Below, in pieces: positions 1-12,574 of a stretch of DNA of 64,000 nt. Source of the stretch: Leucoraja erinacea (taxonomy: Eukaryota). The notes beneath the pieces are model-generated. The model saw only the letters and a program-made list of their open reading frames with translations, was not told the DNA's origin and did not search any database. Location of the stretch: the NCBI RefSeq assembly GCF_028641065.1, contig NC_073391.1, positions 5,518,001 through 5,582,000 of the forward strand. Direction: 5' to 3'. The first letter of the stretch is position 1. The number at the start of each line of letters is the position of its first letter. The translations under genes and the position numbers were made by a program.

Positions 1-29
1 CATGTGTAAGCAGGATGGATGAATCTGCT

Positions 30-249
30 GTGAAGGAGGGAACTGCAGATGCTGGTTTGCGCCAAAGATAAACACAAAATGCTGGAGTATCTCAGTGGGA
101 CAGTCAGCATCTCTGGAGATAAGGAATAGATGATGTTTCAGGTCAAAACCTGACTCTGACGAAGAGTCTCGACCAGAAACGTCACCCATTTCTTCTCTCC
201 AGAGATGCTGCATGGCCCGCTGAGTTGCTCCAGCATTTTGTGTCTATCT
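30..249. mobile_element. Penelope-derived fold-back mini-element with hammerhead motif
   Basis: Inverted arms at about 65-150 and 155-250. Motif CTGACGA-AGAGTCTCGACCA-GAAACGTC at 156-183. 14-bp TSD TGGAT(G/T)AATCTGCT. Confidence 0.75.
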
Positions 250-795
250 TGGATTAATCTGCTCATACTTTACTGATGATTCTACTGCTGGCCAATGTAG
301 CTACTTTATGTGAAGAACCTTGTTCTCTATTTTCTTCATGCTAGAACATTGCTTTGCATCAAATCCCAGCCTTGATAAGAATGTAGTATCAACAGATTCC
401 TTTGTGAAATATTTGCATAAGCAAACCAAGTGAAACAGCTATAAAACATATGCCTATAATTGAAGGCAATAACTCACAACTAGACTGCAATGTCTGGTGC
501 AGTGATGCATCAAATTCTTATCACACAACACACTCATTCCTTAAAGGTAGGCTGGAGGGAATACAAGGAGGTGCCTGCCAGGAAGCATCATGACTCTTTG
601 TCTGTATGTCCTTTGTTCAATGTGTGTGTATGATGTGTGAGTTATTGAGAAGGTTGAAAGTTGTGAGGAGTATAGGAGAGTGGAGGAGCTAACTGCTGAG
701 GTGGGGTATGTGTCTGTGTGTGAGGTGAAGACTCAGAGCTGTGATCAATGTGATTGCCTGTGCTTCAAGGCAATAAAGGTGAGCTACACTCCTAA

Positions 796-1136
796 TGGGC
801 GCGTCCCACTTACGCGACATATTCGGCGACTGCCGGCATCCGTCATAGGTCGTCGCAGGTCGGCGAAAATCTTCGACATGTTGAAAATTCAGCGGCGACC
901 AGAAAGATGCTATGACTCTTTGGGCAACTGAGGAGACGACTCACGACCATCCAGGCGACACCCTGGCAACATCTCGTGGGGTGAAACCTGTATGGTCGTG
1001 AGTAGTCGCCCAAAGAGGCGTACCTTGTTCTGGTCGCCGCTGGATTTTCAACATGTCAAACATTTTCGGCGACCTGTAACGACCTATGACGGGTGATGGC
1101 AGTCGCCGAAAAAGTCGGGTAAGTGGGACGGGTCTA
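796..1136. mobile_element. PIF/Harbinger-type fold-back MITE, subfamily 1
   Basis: TIR TGGGCGCGTCCCACT / AGTGGGACGGGTCTA. Near-complete internal palindrome with about 160-bp arms. Flanks TAA/TAC. Confidence 0.8.
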
Positions 1137-1552
1137 TACTGACAGAAGCACTAACGTTGACATATTGTAAAATGGTAGAAATTCTTCCTGCATTATTGTC
1201 TTGGACAGTGAACTGAAGTACGTTACACCTCAGCCACTTCCTCCTAGTCCAGCAAAAAGTCTTGCATGCTGGAGTGATCTGTTTTAGTAATCTTGATTGG
1301 AACCTAAATTGGAACATGGCATGAGGTAACTCCCCTGTCCTCTCTCACATCTCGTGTGAAAATGGCTGGGCATGTTTTGAATCTAGAAGGGTGATGATCA
1401 TTAGCTCGCCATACCAAATAGCTGACAAACTGTTTCTACATTAAATGCCTTGCTTATTATGGCACAAGGAGATGTGGTTCAACCTATCCAGTTGATGCCA
1501 GCGACAAGCAGAGCATTTCCATCAGTCCATTTTCTTTTTAGTCCAACACCTT

Positions 1553-1864
1553 GGGCGACATCTTGGTGGGGTAGCGGTAGAGTTGCTGCCTTGCAACGCT
1601 AGAGACCCGGGTTCGATCCTGACTACGGGGGCTGTCTGTATGGAGTTTGTATGTCTCCCCGTGATCTGCGTGGGTTTTCTCCGAGATCTTCAATTTCCTC
1701 CCACACTCCAAAAACGTGTAGGTTTGTAGGTTAATTGGTTTGTTATAAATGTAAACTGTCCCTAGTACGTGTAGGATTGTGTTTATGTGTGGGGATTGCT
1801 GGTCCGTGTGGACTCGGTGGGCCGAAGGACCAATTTCCGCGCTGAGTCTCTAAACTAAACTAAA
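1553..1864 (+). mobile_element. tRNA-derived V-SINE (HE1-like)
   Basis: Box A/B (GGTTCGATCC), V-domain, CR1-like tail and (TAAAC)n. Confidence 0.85.
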
Positions 1865-3078
1865 TGCAACATATTCCTTCTCAGGTGCCTTTTGATCATT
1901 TTGTCACATCATCATTTAGGGGTAATTTACAATAGCACTTGAATATCCCAGCCTGTTTTTCACTGTGGGTGGTTTTCGAGAAAGCAGAATACAGTAAAGG
2001 TTGTCACAGAAAGAAAGAGTTGTGGCAGGGACCAGGATATCAGTTTGCAAATGCTCGGTGCTCAGCCCATGGTTACAGATCAGCTGCAGAGGGAGGAAGT
2101 GTTTGTCAATGATAAATGATGTGGAGCACGCAGATAATGAGCCAGTAGCTAACGAGCAGAAAACCAAGTGGTGAGGGGGAGAAATGACAGACAGCGGCAG
2201 AGGTAAGTATTGAACCTGTGACTCTGGTCAGACTACTGGGCCAGCCAGCTGATTTGGGAAATAGGGCAATGTCGTGATATGTGACAGCAAACCATCCTTG
2301 CAAATATCAGTTGCAACATTCTGGTACAACCACTGCTCAATTTCCCAAGAGTCAGTTTCTTTCTGCTGGTTAGCCCTGAGTTACAGCCTTTATTTTCGTT
2401 CTTGCCCGCCTTGCGCTCTCTCCCACTCCACGAGCCTCACCTCAATTAAAAATGTAGACTTCCCTCTGGCATTGTTTTAACAAATCATGAATTTTAAACG
2501 AGTACTATCCGTTTCTCTGCTACGTGTCTCCTGGGAGAGTGGGCATTGCTCGGATTTTCTGGAGCCTTGATTTCAACTTAATTATTTTTGAGTAGTTTTG
2601 TTAGGGCACTTATTTCTCCTGTCATTGGCAGTAACTAATGCCCTTGGGATTCAAACCATCGATCTGTTCTTAGATATTGCACAAACAGAACACAGGGCTA
2701 CCTGCGTGGTGACAGGCACTTCTAGTGAGTCACTGAAAATAATTCTTCAAGGCAGGATGCTTTCAATAGGAAGTGGATACGTGATTAATTGGAGCAGAAC
2801 AGTGTGTCGCCGGTGGGTTTTGTTACACACTGGCCCAGCATCAATACGTGGTGAAAATGGAATGGTTTGGATGCTTACTGACACACATATTTGAAGTGAT
2901 CCATTCCCACCAACTTGCTACAAGGTGGATAAGGGGGAAGGGTCCTGAGGAAAATACCATGGTTGAATCGGAAATCATACTGCTAGTGGGTCAGACAGTC
3001 GCTATGGTAGCAAAGGGATGGTCAATGTTCGGGTCAAGACCCTGCATCTGCAGCTTCTTGTGTCTCCCAAATTAAATA

Positions 3079-3170
3079 AAAGAAGGTAGACTAAAAATGC
3101 TGGAGGGTGAGGCAGCATCTATGGAGTGAAGGAATGGGCGACGTTTCGGGTCGAGACCCTTTTTCAGACT
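3079..3170 (-). mobile_element. Penelope-derived mini-element (hammerhead core mutated to CUGAAAA)
   Basis: Perfect 16-bp TSD TCTCCCAAATTAAATA at 3063-3078 and 3171-3186. Confidence 0.8.
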
Positions 3171-3225
3171 TCTCCCAAATTAAATAGCTGGGCGTCGCGT
3201 ACGTGTCAGTTTTGAGATGTTGGTG

Positions 3226-3527
3226 TTATTTAGTTTAGAGATACAGCGTGGAAACAGGCCCTTCGGCCCACCGAGTCCGTGCTGACCAGCGATCCCCGCA
3301 CATTGACAACTACCCTACGCACACTAGGGACAATTTACATTTATACCAAGCCAATTAGTCTACAAACCTGTACGTCTTTGGTGTGTGGGAGGAAAACAAA
3401 GATATCAGAGGAAACCCATGCGGTCACGGGTAGAGAGTACAAACTCCGTACAGACAGCACCTGCAGTCGGGATTGAACCCGAGTCTCTGGTGCTGTAAGC
3501 GATGTAAGGCAGCAACTCTAAAGCTGC
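3226..3527 (-). mobile_element. HE1-like V-SINE
   Basis: Reverse complement of the 1553-1864 family. Confidence 0.85.
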
Positions 3528-3878
3528 TCTGGAATGCCATACTATACCGTGTTATGATTCAATACGAAGTGTTTGATAGTTTAATAATGCTGGTGAATGA
3601 TTGAGGGTAATCAAGGTCCTCTAATTTAATTCAGGTGACTAAAGCCTTGTTTGTTTAACGATGTTCTTTGTGGCATTCTGAGGATTCCTGTGGTGCTGTG
3701 CGCAGATTCCTAATTGGTTTCATGAACAATGCCTGTTGGACAATATTCTTTTCTAAAAATGAAGAGGTCTTGGTCAAATAAAGCTGGTACAGTGGATTGT
3801 CACAGAGTAATGACTGGTGCCACAATATCAGTTCACAAGTTCTCGATGCATTTCCCGTGGTACATGATAAGTAATTAA

Positions 3879-4296
3879 CTTCTTCTTGCATATGATGCGC
3901 ACAGCCTAAAGTTGTACGACAACTTGTTCTATTTGATCTTATTTGATTGTGCACACCAGGTTGATTGCATTAATCGAAACAGGGCAGACAACGTCAAGAG
4001 CGGAACTCGCTATCAAAACATGGAGGGGACGGGGAACACAATTTGTTGGTGGCCGCGTGCGCATGCGCACACTCACACACACGCGTGCGAGGCTTCGGAG
4101 GCTCAATCCAGTGCTAAATGCAGCTCAACTCTGCATGTCTCACCGGGTTAACCAGCAGCCCTGCCTGGACTGGCGGGATACCAGCATTGCTTCTCCGCGC
4201 TGGCCATATTTCCTGCAAGCCCAGGCAGGTTAACATGGCGGGAGAGGCAGAGTTGAGCTGGGTTTAGCACTGTTTCTCTGCGCTGGCTGTGGGCCT

Positions 4297-4329
<33 letters not shown>

Positions 4330-4673
4330 CGGGGGGGGGGGGGGGGGGGGGGGGCACTCGGGGACAGCGCCGGAGACCCATCCGGGATCGATCCTGCCTG
4401 CAGATGAGGCGCAGGTCTGTGCCATGTCTCCCTCCTCCAATCGCCACACTCTATCAGTCCCCCCCCCCCCCCCCTCCTCCCTCCTCCAATCATCGCGCAC
4501 TATATCCTCAGTCCCACCTCCACTGTCTCGCGGAAAGCGGAGATTTTAAAATATGGATCACAAAAACTTGGGGGGGATGACCCCCACCTCTCAAAATATG
4601 GGGGGGACGTGTCCCTTCTGGCTCCCCCGGGTTTTCCGCCCCGGAACACGTGAAGGTTGCAATCTCCCACCCC
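3879..4673 (-). mobile_element. Family A ribozyme-headed retroposon split by a nested hAT-type insertion
   Basis: 3879-3994 joined to 4644-4673 reconstitutes the element seen at 25844-25983. Confidence 0.85.
3995..4643. mobile_element. Non-autonomous hAT-type DNA transposon with poly-G/poly-C tracts and an internal hairpin
   Basis: Imperfect TIRs CAAGAGCGGAA / TTCCGCCCCG. Imperfect 8-bp TSD GACAACGT/GAACACGT derived from host GACCACGT. Confidence 0.7.
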
Positions 4674-4677
4674 ATAT

Positions 4678-6110
4678 GTAAGTAAGTAAGTAAGTTTATT
4701 GGCCAAGTATTCACATACAAGGAATTTGTCTTGGTGCTCCGCCCACAAGTAACAACATGACATACAGTGACAGTTACGGATGACTCAGAAAACACTAAAC
4801 ATTAATAATAATAAAACATTAATGATAAAACACAATTGATCAACTATGTGAACCAACAAAATACCAGATCAAAGGGAGGCTACAGATTTTTGGCTGTTGA
4901 GTAGAGCAACTACTCGTGGATAAAAACTATTTTTATGTCTGGCTGTGGCAGCTTTGACAATCCGGAGTCGCCTTCCAGAGGAAAGTGATTCAAAGAGTTT
5001 ATGGCCAGGGTGAGAGGGGTCAGAGATGATCTTGCCCGCTAACTTCCTGGCCCTTGCAGTGTACAGTTCATCAATGGAGGGAAGGTTGCAGCCAATAACC
5101 TTCTCTGCTGATCGGACGATTCGCTGCAGCCTCCAGGTGTCGTGCTTGGTGGCTGAGCCAAACCAGACCATGATGGAGAAGGTGAGAACAGACTCTATCT
5201 TGGCCGTGTAGAATTGGACCAGCATTGCCTGTGGCAGATTGTGCTTCCTCAGCTGCCGTAGGAAGTACATCCTCTGTTGTGCCTTTTTGACTGTGGAGTC
5301 GATGGTAGCCCCCTACTAAGGTCCTTGGAGATGATGGTTCCCAGGAACTTAAAAAACTCCACAGATGTGTGCGGTGAGGGGAGGGGGAGCTCTCCTAAAG
5401 TCTGCTATCGATTCCACTGTCTTAAGAGCATTGAGCTCTAGGTTGTTGCGTCGGCACCAGGACGCCAGCTGTGACACCTCCTGTCTGTAGGTAGATTCCT
5501 TCCCATCCTGGATCTGTCCAATCAGGGTTGTGTCATCCGCAAACTTGAGAAGTTTGACAGAGGTATCTGTGGAGGTGCAGTCGTTGGTGTAGAGAGAGTA
5601 GAGGAGAGGAGAGAGTACACAGCCTTGCGGTGCTCCTATGCTGAGCGTTTGCGCATCCGAGATGTGCTTTCCCAGTCTCACATGCTGCTTCCTGTCTGTC
5701 AGGAAGCTGGTGATCCACTGACAGAGGGGTTCAGGCACAGTCAACTCTGAAAGTTTGGAGTGTAGTAGCTCTGGCACAATGGTGTTGAATGCAGAGCTAT
5801 AATCAACAAACAGGATCCTCGCATAGGTCCCCTGGCGGTCCAGGTGCTGTAGGATGAAGTGCAGGCCCAGGTTGACTGCATCATCCACAGATCTATGGGC
5901 CCAATATACAAACTGCGGAGGATCCAGCAGGGAGTTGGTAATTATTTTCAGCCTGGCAGGCACAAGCCTTTCGAGTGTCATCATGACTACAGAGGTCAGT
6001 GCGACAAGCCTGTAGTTATTAAGACAAGTAATCCTTGCCTTTTTGGGTACAAGGACAATTGTGGAGACTTTGAAGCAGACATGGACTGTACATGTTTGCA
6101 AGGACTGATT
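4678..6110 (-). mobile_element. Rex1/Babar-type LINE, 5'-truncated, RT domain frameshifted
   Basis: ORFs 5349-6134 ([34 protein letters not shown]) and 4869-5270. (TTAC)n tail. Confidence 0.88.
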
Positions 6111-6365
6111 AAAAATGATGCAGATGTTTCTCATTTATAAATGGTGCGGAGCACACAAGGTAATATGCAAGTTTCAGCTCAGGAGAACACAGATAGGCGG
6201 CATTTCGGGTTGGGACCCTTCTTTAGGCTGATTGTGGGAGCTGGAAAAGAAAGCAGGAGGAGAGGCAGGACATGACAAAATGTGGCTGAACCTAAACCAA
6301 CACAGGTGTGAATTCATTAATAGGCAGATGGTTGGACGAAGGCCAGAGATGAAAAGATAAGTGTG

Positions 6366-8745
6366 GAGTCATACAGTGTGGAAACAGGCACTCCAGCCCA
6401 ACTTGCCCACGCTGACCAAAATGCCCCATCTACACTTTTCCCATCTACCTGCATTTGACCCATATCCCTCCAGACCTGTCCTATTAATCAGGTAACAAAA
6501 GCCTTGTCCATATCCAAATGTTTTTTAAATGTTGTGTTTGTACGGTGCCCCAATTACTTCCTCTGGCAACTCGTTACATATACCTACTACCTTTTGTGTA
6601 AAAATATTGTCCCTCAGGTTCCTATTAATACTTGTCCCCCTCACCTTATGCCTATGCCCTCTAGTTCTTGATTGCTCTACTCTAGGTAAAAGGCTCTATT
6701 TATTACTCTCATGATCTTATACACCTCTATAAGATCACCCCTGATTCTCCTGTGCCCCAAGAAATAACGTTCTAGCCTACCCAGCGCTCCCTATACCTCA
6801 GGCCCTCGAGTCCTGGAAACATCTTTGTAAATCTTTTCTGCACCCATTCCAGTTTATCAACAGTGACACTGATCAAAACTGCACACAATGCTTCAAATAT
6901 GGCCTCACCAATGTCTCATGCACAATTGTGCCATGACCTCCCAATTTCTATACTCTTTACTCTGACTGAAGAAGGTCAATTTGCCAAAAGCTTTCTTTAC
7001 CTGTGACGCCACTCTCATGAAATGATATACCTGCATGCCTAGATCCCTCTGCTTTACAACACTAGATCCCTCTGCTCTACAACACTAGATCCCTCTGCTC
7101 GACAACATTCTCCACAGCCCTGCCGTTCACTGTGTGGGTCCTTCCCTGGTTAAACTACCCAAAATGCAACACCTCGCCCTTCTCGATAAAACTCCATCAA
7201 CCATTCCTCAGCCCACCTGCCCAACCGATCAAGATCCTGCTCCAATTTTTGACATCCATCTTCACTATCCACAATATTACCACTTTAGTAAGAAAATTTA
7301 CTAATCATGCCTTGTACATTCTCATCCAAATCATTGATATAAATGGTAAACAGCAATGGCCCAGCACAGAACCCCAAGGTACACCACTGGTCACAGACCT
7401 TGAGATGAAAAACAACCTTTCACCATGACCCTCTGCTTCTTTCAGTGAAGCCAATGTTCTATCCTGTCAGCAAGGTCTCCTTGGATCCCAGGTGATCTAA
7501 CCTTCCACAGCAGCGTATCATGCAGACACATCAAATGCCTTGCTGAAATCTATATACATGTCTACAGCTCTGCATTAATTACCCTTTTTGGCCACAGCTT
7601 CAAATAACTCAATCAGATTCTTGAGGCACGATCTCCCCATACAAAACCATGCTGACTATCCCTTATCAACCTTGTCCGTCTAAATGCAAGTTTATCTTAT
7701 CGCTCACAATGTTCTCTAATAAATTTCTGACCACAGGTGTTGGACTCACTGCCCTATAGTTCCCAGGCTTCTCCATGCAGCCCTTCTTAATTAATTTCCC
7801 ACAAATGTCCTTGGATATATCTGATAATGGCTGGGAGATTTGACTACCTTCATACATGTTAGGATGACCTCCTTGACTATAACACTGACTGACCTCAAAT
7901 ACTTCCATTGACTGTCCAAGTTCCCCAATCTTCATGTCTTTCTCCATGATAAAAAACAATAGAAATACTCATTGAGGACATTGCCGATCTTCTGAAACTC
8001 TGCACAGCTCTGATTCCTGAGATATCTCATTCTCTCCCGATGTTAGGATGACTTCCTCTATCTTGCTGTGTCTGCTCTCACTAGCTGTGGCACTCAGAGT
8101 ATCCAGTACTACCCTGGGGGTCCTGCTATGTAGCCTTTGACATAACTCCTTCTACTCATTTTTGAGTACCTCATTCCTTTTGCCACCTATGCCATGCATG
8201 ACTTCCTACTGCTCACCCTCTTGCTTGAAAATGCAGCCGCCCTGAGACATCCTGGACCTTGGCACCAGGGAGGCAGAATATTATCCTGGAGTCTCGACTG
8301 CTGCCGCCGAATCTCCTGTCTGCACCCCTAACTAAAGGGTCACCTATCACTAAGCCTCTGCCTGACAGTACCCTCCCCTGCTGAGCCTCAGAGCTAGGCT
8401 CGGTGCCACTGCTTTGCCAGGTACTGCTGCTCAACTTTGATATGTCAACCTCCCCCACAGCACCCAAAAGAGCAGACCTGTTATGAAGAGGGGTGGTCAC
8501 AGGGGTCACCTGCACTCCAGTTTTATTCCCTTTCCTCTGGTCACCCACTTTCTCTCTCCCTGGACCTTGGACATGACAAACTCACTCTATGCCTTATCAA
8601 GAAGCTATCGTTCTCCCGGATGGCAACTCCAGTCCCTAATGCCTTCGTTAAGGAGCTGCACCTGGACACGATTCCCACAGGTGTAGTTATCTGGGACACA
8701 AGCAGTTTCCTTGTTTTCCCACATCAGCATTTTCCCAGTTGTGAA
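6366..8745 (-). mobile_element. Decayed CR1/HER1-type LINE (3' tail, RT, and an esterase-like ORF1 remnant)
   Basis: PGNYRAVS and VIGDPLVRGADRRF...CLPGAKVQDV remnants. The 3' tail is shared with the SINEs. Confidence 0.75.
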
Positions 8746-9166
8746 TTTTGAAGCTCAGTGGAAGGACAGGGGAGGGGGGAAATATGTGTGAGTTCAGACG
8801 GGGCAAAGCGGAGAGAGGCAGGGTGAATAGAAGTGGGGTTATAATGGAGAAGAAGGGAGAGGGGTTGTGTTATGGAGTTACCTATAATTGAGATTTCAAT
8901 ATCTGTAACCTCCCTTTGATCTGGTATTTTGTTGGTTCACATGCTTGATCAATGGTGTTTTATCATTAATGTTTTATTATTATTAATGTTTAGTGTTTTC
9001 TGAGTCATTCGTAACTGTCACTGTATGTCATGTTGTTACGTGGGAGGAGCACCAAGGCAAATTCCTTGTATGTGAATACTTGGCCAATAAACTTACTTAC
9101 TTATTTACTATACCATTGGATTGTAAGCTAACCAAGCAGAATATAAGGTGTTTTGCCAGTTTGCAT

Positions 9167-9214
<48 letters not shown>
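9167..9214 (+). repeat. (GACA)n microsatellite
   Basis: Read directly from the sequence. Confidence 0.95.
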
Positions 9215-9404
9215 TGGAATCAGGCCCTTCGGCCCACACCAACCATTGGGCACCCATTCACACTAATACTATTTTATCCCAATTGTACATCCACCTCCTG
9301 CACACAAGAGGCAATTTACAGAGGCCCAATTGACCTACAAGCCCGCACATCGTTGGGAAGTGGGAGGAAATCAGTGCACCTGGAGGAAAACCATGCACTC
9401 CATA

Positions 9405-9745
9405 TAACCATATAACCATATAAGCATATAACAATTACAGCATGAAAACAGGCCATCTCGACCCTTCTAGTCCGTGCCGAACACATAATCTCCCCTAGTC
9501 CCATATACCTGCACTCAGACCATAACCCTCCATTCCCTTCCCGTCCATATAACTATCCAATTTATTTTTAAATGATAAAAACGAACCTGCCTCCACCACC
9601 TTCACTGGAAGCTCATTCCACACAGCTACCACTCGCTGAGTAAAGAAGTTCCCCCTCATGTTACCCCTAAACTTCAGTCCCTTAATTCTCAAGTCAAGTC
9701 CCCTTGTTTGAATCTTCCCTGCTCTCAGTGGGAAAAGCTTTTCCA
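9405..9745 (-). mobile_element. CR1/HER1 LINE 3' end with (ATATGGTT)n tail, nested in a SINE
   Basis: RGNFFTQRVVAVWNELP...LDSYM. Near-identical to 27085-27540. Confidence 0.8.
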
Positions 9746-10632
9746 AGGGCGAACGTGCAAACTCCACATAGACAGCACCCAAGATCAAGATGGAACCCGA
9801 GTCCCTGATGCAGTGAGGCAGCAGCTTCGCAACCTGTGCCACCCTATTAGAATGACAACATTTATTAATTGAGCAATTTTCAATACATGTCTTCTTGGTA
9901 TTGGAAATTAAAATATTTGCCTTGTAGTTTAATTTCCACAAAAAAACATAACTAAGGCAATTAGCTTGAATTTCATTGTAAATAAGTATCATTTTATGGA
10001 GGAAGATAATGATACATCAGAGGAATGCAGATACATGATCCTCCTCCCTTGCTTCTTTCTCTTTCACCTTGTCCCAAATCCTCTTTCATTCTCATAATTG
10101 ACACCATTATTCCTTTCTTTAGTTTCCAAATATTTGCAGAACACCAAATAAAGGTGATGAATGATGCCGAATCATCATTTTTTTTCTTTTGTGTTTTCTC
10201 CATCACACCGGTTCATAAAGATTATAAATGCACTTAGACAAGGCAGGTAATAGCTCAGCTCAGAAACGGTTTTGAAATTTGACCCTTAGTCTGACACATC
10301 ATAATTTTAAAAGCCTTTTAAAGCTAAAGAGAATATTTTTTTTTGGTATAGTCAACATAATTACAGCATTCAACAAAATGATGTCTGCTGCTGATTTTTT
10401 AATGGTAAAATTTAATTTCTGAGTAAAACGTTATCCCTGCAATTCTGCGATGCTTATTCCAATCTTATGCCTCAAATGGCCAAACCTTTACAGAAATGTA
10501 ATTAAAGAAGCTGGACATACTCTTTCCCCTTTCCTGTAGATTATCTAGGAATTCCATCCAATTTTTCCCCGAGAGCTCATCAAAAATTAAGCATCTTTAT
10601 TTCTACACACAAGCTTTTTAGAAAACGTGAGG

Positions 10633-11395
10633 TTTAGTTTAGTTTAGAGATAGTTTAGAGCGTGGAAACAGGCCCTTCGGCCCACCGTGTCCGCTCCGAC
10701 CAGTGATCCCCACACACTAGCACTATCCTACACACAAAATTTACAATTTTACCGAAGCCAATTAACTTACAAACTCTTTGGAGAGTGGGAGGAAACCGGA
10801 GCACCCGGAGAAAACCTACACAGTCACAGGGAGAATGTACAAACTCCGTACTAATAGAACCCGTAAAATACAGGATGGAACCCGGATCTCTGGTAATATA
10901 AAGGGCCTGTCCCACTTGGCATCATTTGCGCCTCATTTACACGTCATATGTGAAATAGGTCGACGCGTCGTTACGCGCAACATCGCGCGCAGATCACATG
11001 TCATCATGGCGTCTGGTGCGCGTGACGTCATTAGAATACACTGCGGAGCGCGGCGACGCATAGTTATGCACGGTGAAGTAACCATGTGTCACCACGCGAT
11101 ACACGTGAGACATCGGGACGCCAGCGTGTGACGCCAATGCGTCAGCTTGTGTATGCGATACGTCACGCAGGTGGCGTGTGAGGATTTCGTACAGTATGAA
11201 ATCCTGGAGCACCGCGCGATACCGCACACAATTCCACACTCCTCCACGGCTCTCTATACGCGCTACCCACACGCTACCCTTGCGTCACAATGCGACGACC
11301 ACATTTTTGGAGGTCGCGTTAATGGCGCGCAAATGACGGCCAAGTGGGACAGGCATTTGCGGCAGCAACTCTACTGCTACGCCACTGTATCACCA
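10633..11395 (-). mobile_element. HE1-like V-SINE split by a MITE
   Basis: SINE sequence resumes at 11361 after the MITE. Confidence 0.82.
10902..11357. mobile_element. Harbinger-type MITE, CpG-rich subfamily, nested in a SINE
   Basis: TIR AGGGCCTGTCCCACTTGGC...GCCAAGTGGGACAGGCATT. Interrupts the SINE at TAA|GGCAGC. Confidence 0.8.
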
Positions 11396-11757
11396 CCATA
11401 TTGCAATACATTGGATGTATCATGTTATCGTGAAAGCCATTGTTTTGATTTTGCATTGATCTTTGTGCTGATTGTTAGTTTCGGACTTGATATGGAATTA
11501 TATCACTATTTGGATGCATTCTGTGGAACACAGAAAGCCAAAGCTAGATCCTAAGGCCAGGGCCCAGAATGTGCAATCAGTGTGTTGAATTCACATAATA
11601 TATTTCTTACGAATTAATCCTTTATAGAAAACTGACCCAAAAATTGTGACAACTGGAAGTAAAATACAATACATTATACTTTGATTTTATTTACAATTCT
11701 GCAGTTCTTTGCTTCTAAATTCTGCTCATTATCCAGCTTCATCCTCTACTTCTCTCA

Positions 11758-12186
11758 AGGGCCTGCCCCACTTCGGCTATCGGTGACTGTCAGAGTCGTA
11801 GCAGGTCGCTGAAAAACTGGCGACTGGACCCCCTTCGCCATAAAATTTGAAATAAAATCATTACTTTAACAACAAAAAAAAACCGAAGTCAGTGCCGGCA
11901 ACAATCTACGTCACCTGGGGACAACCTACGTTAACCTGGCGACAACTATGACAGCACCGACATCAGGAGAAGTCAAGCTACGCTCATTGGCATCAAACCC
12001 ACTGTCACAGATTGTCTCCGAAAATGTTTCAACATGTTGAAAATCCAGCAGCGGCTAGAAAGACGCTACGACTCTTTGGGCGACTGAGGAGACGACTCAC
12101 GACCATACAGGCGGCACAGGTAACCATATGGCAACAGCCTAGTCGCCTGTAGTCGCCTCAAAAATCACCTAAGTGGGACAGGCCCA
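11758..12186. mobile_element. Harbinger-type MITE, subfamily 2
   Basis: TIR AGGGCCTGCCCCACTT/AAGTGGGACAGGCCCA. 3-bp TSD TCA/TCA. Colinear with 41764-42170. Confidence 0.85.
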
Positions 12187-12574
12187 TCACATCACTGTTC
12201 AATTTGATTGTATTTAGTCCCATTCATTATTCTTGTGCCAATGTTCCTCAGGCATGTTCCTTAGTGTTAGTTCATTGCTATTTATAGTTTTGTTTTTCTT
12301 CTCACGAGACTGGTTAACAGAAATTTGCGTGGTCGTGTAAATGATGTTTTACAAATTCACCTGAGGCTACAAAAAAATGACCTTCTTGTGAATAAGAATA
12401 AGTGACCTTTTCATTTTATATAAGACAATGGTCAAGATAATGTTGATTGTATGTTCACTTCCTAATGTAGAGGTGCTTTCATTCTTCTGCCATTGCAGAA
12501 ACATTTTTAATTTTGTATGAATTATTATTCTAAATAATTACATTTCCTGACATGTGGTGTTGCCAAAATGTACA

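Noticed and set aside
540-795. Possible solo LTR (TG-rich, AATAAA)
   Set aside because: No second copy, TG...CA ends, PBS or TSD could be identified.
1553-1630. tRNA-like sequences with GGTTCGATCC
   Set aside because: These are SINE heads continuing into the V-domain and LINE tail, not tRNA genes.
1960-1985. ACTGTGGGTGGTTTTCGAG (TVGGFR) as a candidate POLM exon 7 end
   Set aside because: No GT donor at the expected position, no upstream similarity, and it lies in a decayed SINE-like remnant.
4148-4549. Poly-Pro and poly-Gly ORFs
   Set aside because: Artefacts of homopolymer G/C tracts inside a transposon.
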